A DNA stretch of 63,796 bases, the filler included, from Reticulomyxa filosa (taxonomy: Eukaryota; Protista; Foraminifera): NCBI GenBank assembly GCA_000512085.1. It is 21 parts of 21 records of this genome, joined end to end, with 100 filler letters (N's around TTAATTAATTAA, not from the genome) between each part and the next. Parts side by side here need not be neighbours in the genome. Positions count along the whole stretch, not along the records: positions 58,513 to 62,637 come from ASPP01012310.1; positions 62,738 to 63,796 come from ASPP01029640.1; 19 more parts are not named here. One strand, 5' to 3'. Below the pieces are notes generated by a model. It had not been told where the DNA came from. It ran no database searches and saw only the letters and a program-made list of their open reading frames with translations. The position numbers were made by a program, and so were the translations under genes. Positions 58,513 through 63,796 of this stretch are shown piece after piece. How positions within the stretch are numbered: the stretch's first letter is position 1; the number at the start of each line of letters is the position of its first letter.

Positions 58513-60874
58513 TTGTTGTTGTTGTTGCAGCAAAAAAAAAAAAAATGAGACAAAACTTGGTCATTAGTTCCATCACACGATTCGGGTGAAGACGGAGAAG
58601 AAAATGGACTCAGTTTGGCTTTTCTTAGAAAGATAGGTGATGCATCATCGAGTGGCAGACGACAAGTGGTTTTGCACACCAACGAATCAGTGAGCATGGC
58701 GGTGGATTTTTTCAAATCATCTCTGCGACAATGTTTCGTGTTGCACAATGTCGGAGTCGATGTCATTGTTACTTTTTGATGCAAAAAATCGCGATGCAAA
58801 GAATTCAAATTGATTGGGCCTTTTTTGGACTCGTGTGTCAACGTGTCATCCAAAGTGCCACTTAGAAAAGCATCAACAAAATCATGACTGAGATAGTCTT
58901 GCTCATTGGCGTTATTACTCTTATATTTACGTTTGTCCACAATGTCGGTTGCACTCTTGCCCTGTTTCTTCAAACAATCAAACTTTAGCATTATCTCTCG
59001 TTTTAGCTCCACTTCATTTCTTCCATCTTTTGACCCCAACGAATCCACACTTGTCGGTGTTTTCAAATTGCTCCAATCCACACTTTCCGACCATTTGTTA
59101 CTCCTGCTTGTGTCATTCTCTTTGTCGCTGTCATTGGTATGGGTATTGCTTTTGTCATTGTCATTCATATTGCTATTGCTATTACTATTGCAATTACTAT
59201 TGTCATTCATATTACTGTTATCATTGTCATTCATATTACTGCTGTCATTGTCATTGCCATTGCCATTGTCCTGCTTATGTGATGCTTCTTCCACTGCAAA
59301 CGGACGGATACGCTTTTTTGGCTTCGTCTCGCTCTGCACACGTGGTCGTGACATTGACATAGCCATTACTCTTCTGTCATCCAACTCACACTCTCTTCGT
59401 ATTTCAATCGCTTCACTTGGCATCATTGATGACTCAGCCAAGTGTTCCGGACAAATACGTTTTTTCAGTGCTTGTGCATGCTCGTGAGGTTCGAGATGCT
59501 TCTGATCCATTTCCTTGAGGGTTCTTTGTCTTGCAGCTGACAATGAGAACAACACAAGTCAGAGCAAAAAAAAAAAAAAAAAAGCACATTCCTTTTTGTT
59601 TTGTTTCGAACTTTTCTTCATATCAAACATACCACGCGCTTGCTAGTCAACTGGCCGCCAAAACCACCCTTCCCCAAGTCAAATGCTTCTTCCAACAACA
59701 ACTTCAATTCACTCGCGTTCAATTGGTCAACCTCTCCATCATCTATCATTGATGGATCGTATTCATTGAACTTCACGCTCGTCCAACAATCCAATCACAC
59801 ACACACATATACATATATGTATATGTATGTATATACACATGCCAACCGTCATTTGAAAAAAAAAAAAAAAAACCAAAATTGGTTTGACAAAAGGGTCAAA
59901 TGATCTGTGAACGTACTGGCTCTCGCTTTTTCCCACTGTTCTGGCTTTGTTCCTCGTTCTCATCATCACTTATTCGTGTCTCTTCACCACGTGTTGCTTC
60001 CAACTTTTTCTGAAACTGTTCCACGGAAATATATTTCAAAACATGCATGTGTATTACAATATTGTTTCATTAAAAAAAAAAAACAACAAAAAAAAAAAAA
60101 CGTTTCTCAATGAAAAGGGGTTGCTACCGGACAAGTAATAATTTTTGCTGAAACAGCAAAAATTTTTTTAAAAAAACAAAAAGTCCGTTTTTACTATACA
60201 TTTTACACTTTATTTAGAAATATTTTTTTTGATATATTCAATATATATATTTCACAAGTTAGGAACAACAATTATTAGTGTATTAGTTCATTTGTTCCTT
60301 GATTGGTTTGAAAGTTTTGTTTTACACTAAACAAATACTCCTTTTCTTGAAACGAGTACAAAACTGTTGACAAAACACCTCCGTGATGGACCATAGAAAT
60401 AATTTGACGGTTTTTTAGTGCTTTACTTTGAACGAGGTCAAGAAACACTTCTCGCAAATCGTCATTATGTTCATGCATCAAATGCTGGTAAGACTTGTCC
60501 AGTGCTTGTTCACCGTTGGTTGTCTTTTCCTCATTGTTTGCATGTGGGGCGGGCTTACGCTCCGTTGCCCAAAGACGCTCTTTTTTATGACCATTAGTAC
60601 TACTCTTATCATCCAGTCTTTGCTTCCGTGCGCTACCCTCTTTTACCTTGCCTTGTACTCTGCCGTCACACAATGGAATACGCTCTGCCCAGTGTGTTTT
60701 CTTCCCCACGTCTTTGCTTATTTTCTCAGGGGTGCTCTCCATTCCTTCACTTGTTTTTGCCACTTCTTCGGCAAGAGACTTGTTCTGGGTAGCTGGTATA
60801 AGGAAGCAATGAGGCGCTGTCTTTGACTCAGTCCGTGAATGCTTCTCGGAAACACTTGTCTTCATGCGTGCCAT
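58513..60874 (-). CDS. Hypothetical multi-exon protein with Asn/Asp low-complexity tract, 3' partial
   Basis: Collinear minus ORFs at 60275-60913 (MARMKTSVSEK..) and 58461-59555, with short exons between poly-A/T introns. No domain recognised. Confidence 0.4.
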
Positions 60875-61529
60875 TTTTTTTTTTTTTTTTTTTGTTACTT
60901 TGACGCCCACCAAAACAAAATTTTACTGAACAATTTGCTCACCACCTGAACCAATTTTTTTCTAAACTGTCAAAAACAGACCGGTGACAGAAAAAAAAAT
61001 TGTGATGAAAAACTGGAAATGTTTGCCTATATAAATAATAGGAAACAAAGAAACAGCAAAACCAGACAAATACATAAAGCTTCGACTAAAATGGCAGGCA
61101 TTTTTTTTTTTTTTTTTTTGAGCCAGTTAAAAACTTTTATTTTGATCCGAAAATTCATTTTAAATAATCAATACGCACAACATTGCACAATATATGATCA
61201 AAACATTGACATTTGACAATGAGCACAAATAAATTTTCTTTTACTTTCTTTTATTTTTCTTTTATTTTTTAATTAAGTAAAATTTAACCTTTGGAGCTAG
61301 TAAGTCTCGTACACATACACACGTTACAAACAAAAGACGCAAAAAACAAAAAGAAAAAATGCAAAATAAAGATAATGTGCCACTTTTGAAAAAGGGAGGA
61401 AAAAAAAAATTACTACTAAGAATAACAAGAAAGAAAGAAAAAAAAAAACAAACAAGCAAACAGTGTGAAAGCCAAATTTTTTTTTTTTTTTTTTTTTAAA
61501 AAAGATGAAAAATAAAATATATTGCGATA

Positions 61530-62637
61530 TTAAATGATTTTGTCCTTTAAAAAATCCAACATTCTTTTAGCATATCGCCGAGGTGGTACTGCCGAGATTG
61601 TGTTCTAACAAGTGAATTATTAGAGGGAGGGGAAAAAACAAATAAAAATTGAATTTGATTTGAAGAGAAAAACAAACCTTGTCTTGGGTGATTCCTTTGA
61701 TGAAATGTTCGATTTTTTTGCATTTATTATATTTTTGAAGGATATCAATGATGCCACATAAATAAACCTCATTTCCAAGATTTCCCTGATCGTCAACATA
61801 GGTGATGCCGCCGTGATGTCTCATGAATATGTTGGGATTGTCCTCGTCGTGGATAGAATCCCTGGATTGATCTTGAATGAGCTCGGGTACATCAAACTTG
61901 CTTTCCAGTGGACGCTTAATCACATAGCGTGTGGAAAAAGGATTCGATCCGAGCTGTGACATCTTTTGCGATGTCATGTGTTGTACGTTCGACACATATA
62001 CTCGTGGCGGTGCATGTCTGGTGTCCACTACTTCTGTCGCCTCTATTTTTGTTGTGATGGAGTCACAAACATATATACATATACATATACATGTATATAT
62101 ATATATATATAAATATATATATATATATGTATATATATATTTATATATATTTATTTATTTATTTATTTATTTATACATTAGTTCCAATATAATTGTAAAA
62201 AAAAAAATAAGCAAACTGTGCGATGTGGGCTTAATGGATATTTGTTCACGGATAATGTATTGATCCTTGGAAACGGGTGTGAGATCCACGTGGAGTGAAG
62301 ACGGCAACTCATTGGACGAGGATATTGGCATTGGCGTTTGCGTTTGCGTTTGCATTTGGGATGTGGCTGGGCCCTCCATGTTTATACGTAGCGTCATATC
62401 CAACGTGAGCATGGTCTCGCTTGTGCACGTGTTTTGCGTCGCGCTTGATTGATCCCGTCCTCGTCCCCTTTCTTCTTTCCCATCATCTTCCCTTTCCCCC
62501 TTCTTGTCCGTTTTGTCTTTTTTTTCGTGCTGTGCTCGGTCGCGATAATGAATGCCAACCAGAAACGAATAATCCATTATATTAAGTTTTCGTAGCAACT
62601 GTGCATGTGTACGTATGTGAGGACAAATAATAATAAT
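61530..62637 (-). CDS. Phosphatidylinositol phosphate kinase (PIP5K family), C-terminal part
   Basis: LRKLNIMDYSFLVGIH (MDYS motif) and EVYLCGIIDILQKYN..KKIEHFIK|TISAVPPRRYAKRMLDFL..*. Confidence 0.92.
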
Positions 62638-62939
62638 NNNNNNNNNNNNNNNNNNNNNNNNNNNNNNNNNNNNNNNNNNNNTTAATTAATTAANNNNNNN
62701 NNNNNNNNNNNNNNNNNNNNNNNNNNNNNNNNNNNNNTTCATTTTAATAGAAAATGCTTTGCCAGATGCGTTTGATGGATAAAACAACAGGGACACAAAG
62801 GGGTAGTTGTTCTTTGTTCAATACGTCCAGTAATCATATCACCCACTCCTTTAATGGTTATAAACACCACTGACTGGCATACAGAATGATTTGTTTGTTG
62901 GTCTTTTTGGTCAACTGACGGTTTTCTCCAAATCATCCA

Positions 62940-63295
62940 TCAAAATCACATCACTTTTATCAAGTTTTCTCTTTTGAATCCCACTCATTGGAATAAATGA
63001 AATTTCTTTCGTTTTGTATCCAATCTTTATTAATATTTTCTCGACCTCCAATTTGACTTCCTCAAAGCGATCTTGAGTTTATTTCACTGAAGGGTCATCC
63101 ATTTTGTTCGCGCCAACTATCAATCGTTCAATTCCTAACAATTGAGCATGTTGTTGAGTTTGTCCTTGAATTTTTCTATTTTTTTTTTTGTTTATTTTTT
63201 TGAAGAAAAAAAATTATTACACCTTTTTTTTTTCCACACAAACATACCCTTTTTTTGTTGCTTCCTTTCGCAATCGAAGTTTCTACTCCAATGAG
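62940..63295 (-). pseudogene. EF-like (EFL) / EF-1alpha-family translational GTPase fragment with in-frame stops
   Basis: GVETSIAKGSNKK|..KIQGQTQQHAQLLGIERLIVGANKMDDPSVK*..DRFEEVK..KIGY..IPMSG..ENL. It has the G4 NKMD motif and an EFL-type insertion before GQT. Confidence 0.68.
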
Positions 63296-63796
63296 GTTTG
63301 TATTTGAACATAACTTCTAGGCATTGGAATTATTCAGCACAAACGGCGGTGACTTGGTCATCAGGAAAGCTGTAGTTTTGTTTCAGTTCGCTGGAGGTCT
63401 TCAATTGATCTTTATAGCCCAAAGACTGGACAATTGGAAAAATATTCATGAAAATAAGATATTCCTTCACAACAATCGCCGAGAAGAAAATTGTGCAATA
63501 CATTAATGAAAAATTGTCCCATGTTACTTGTGCTCGACTACTTGGACCACATACTTGCCAACCAATCATTTGATCTTTTTTAACTGTTGGACCAATTGTT
63601 AAGTTATTGCTCTTCGTTCCGTTCTGTCTTTGCGTACTCTGTCGTTGAGTTGACTTCCCTAATGTCGTCATTCGCATACTTACTTCTAGAATTTGCTTCT
63701 AACACGCTTTCTCTTTTCTTTCCTGTTAACAAAGGACACTGATGCGGTATTCTTTGTTGTCAAAAACGACTCATTAAAAAAACCAGCATAAAAAAA

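Noticed and set aside
4349-62737. Regularly recurring TTAATTAATTAA palindrome flanked by Ns, as a possible repeat array or CRISPR
   Set aside because: It is an artificial six-frame-stop linker of fixed 100-bp format. Gene neighbourhoods across linkers therefore carry no biological meaning.
1-63796. tRNA or rRNA genes
   Set aside because: No cloverleaf-like or rRNA-conserved segments were recognised by eye. tRNAscan-SE or Infernal would be needed to exclude them.

Overview
This window is not one locus. It is a concatenation of 21 unrelated contigs joined by 20 identical artificial 100-bp spacers (N44-TTAATTAATTAA-N44). Twenty contigs come from an AT-rich, intron-containing, microsatellite-laden eukaryote. 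The expanded degenerate HEAT-repeat and kelch-like families and an EFL-type GTPase fragment suggest a foraminiferan or other rhizarian, resembling Reticulomyxa (inference). Recognisable eukaryotic genes are a sulfotransferase, TIM23, a PTEN/tensin-type C2 protein, a FYVE + ELMO protein, an NDR kinase, RAB3GAP1, a SAM+PH protein, an NDP kinase with an N-terminal transmembrane exon, COA5/PET191, CK1, a jacalin-like protein, an RRM protein, a split HAD_SAK_2-type protein and a PIP kinase. Mobile DNA includes a degenerate Tc1/mariner element with both TIRs and a TA duplication, two more copies of its TIR, and LINE RT/RNase H remnants. One contig (45485-47995) is bacterial: a plasmid-type parA-parB operon between an IS5-family end and an IS1595-family start, probably from an endosymbiont or contaminant. 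The best novelty candidate is an OAS-like (2'-5' oligoadenylate synthetase fold) protein that appears to lack all three catalytic aspartates and may be fused to a winged-helix domain. Several introns also have A-rich rather than pyrimidine-rich acceptors. Many frameshifts fall in homopolymer runs and may be sequencing errors. All family calls come from motif recognition by eye; no searches were run.
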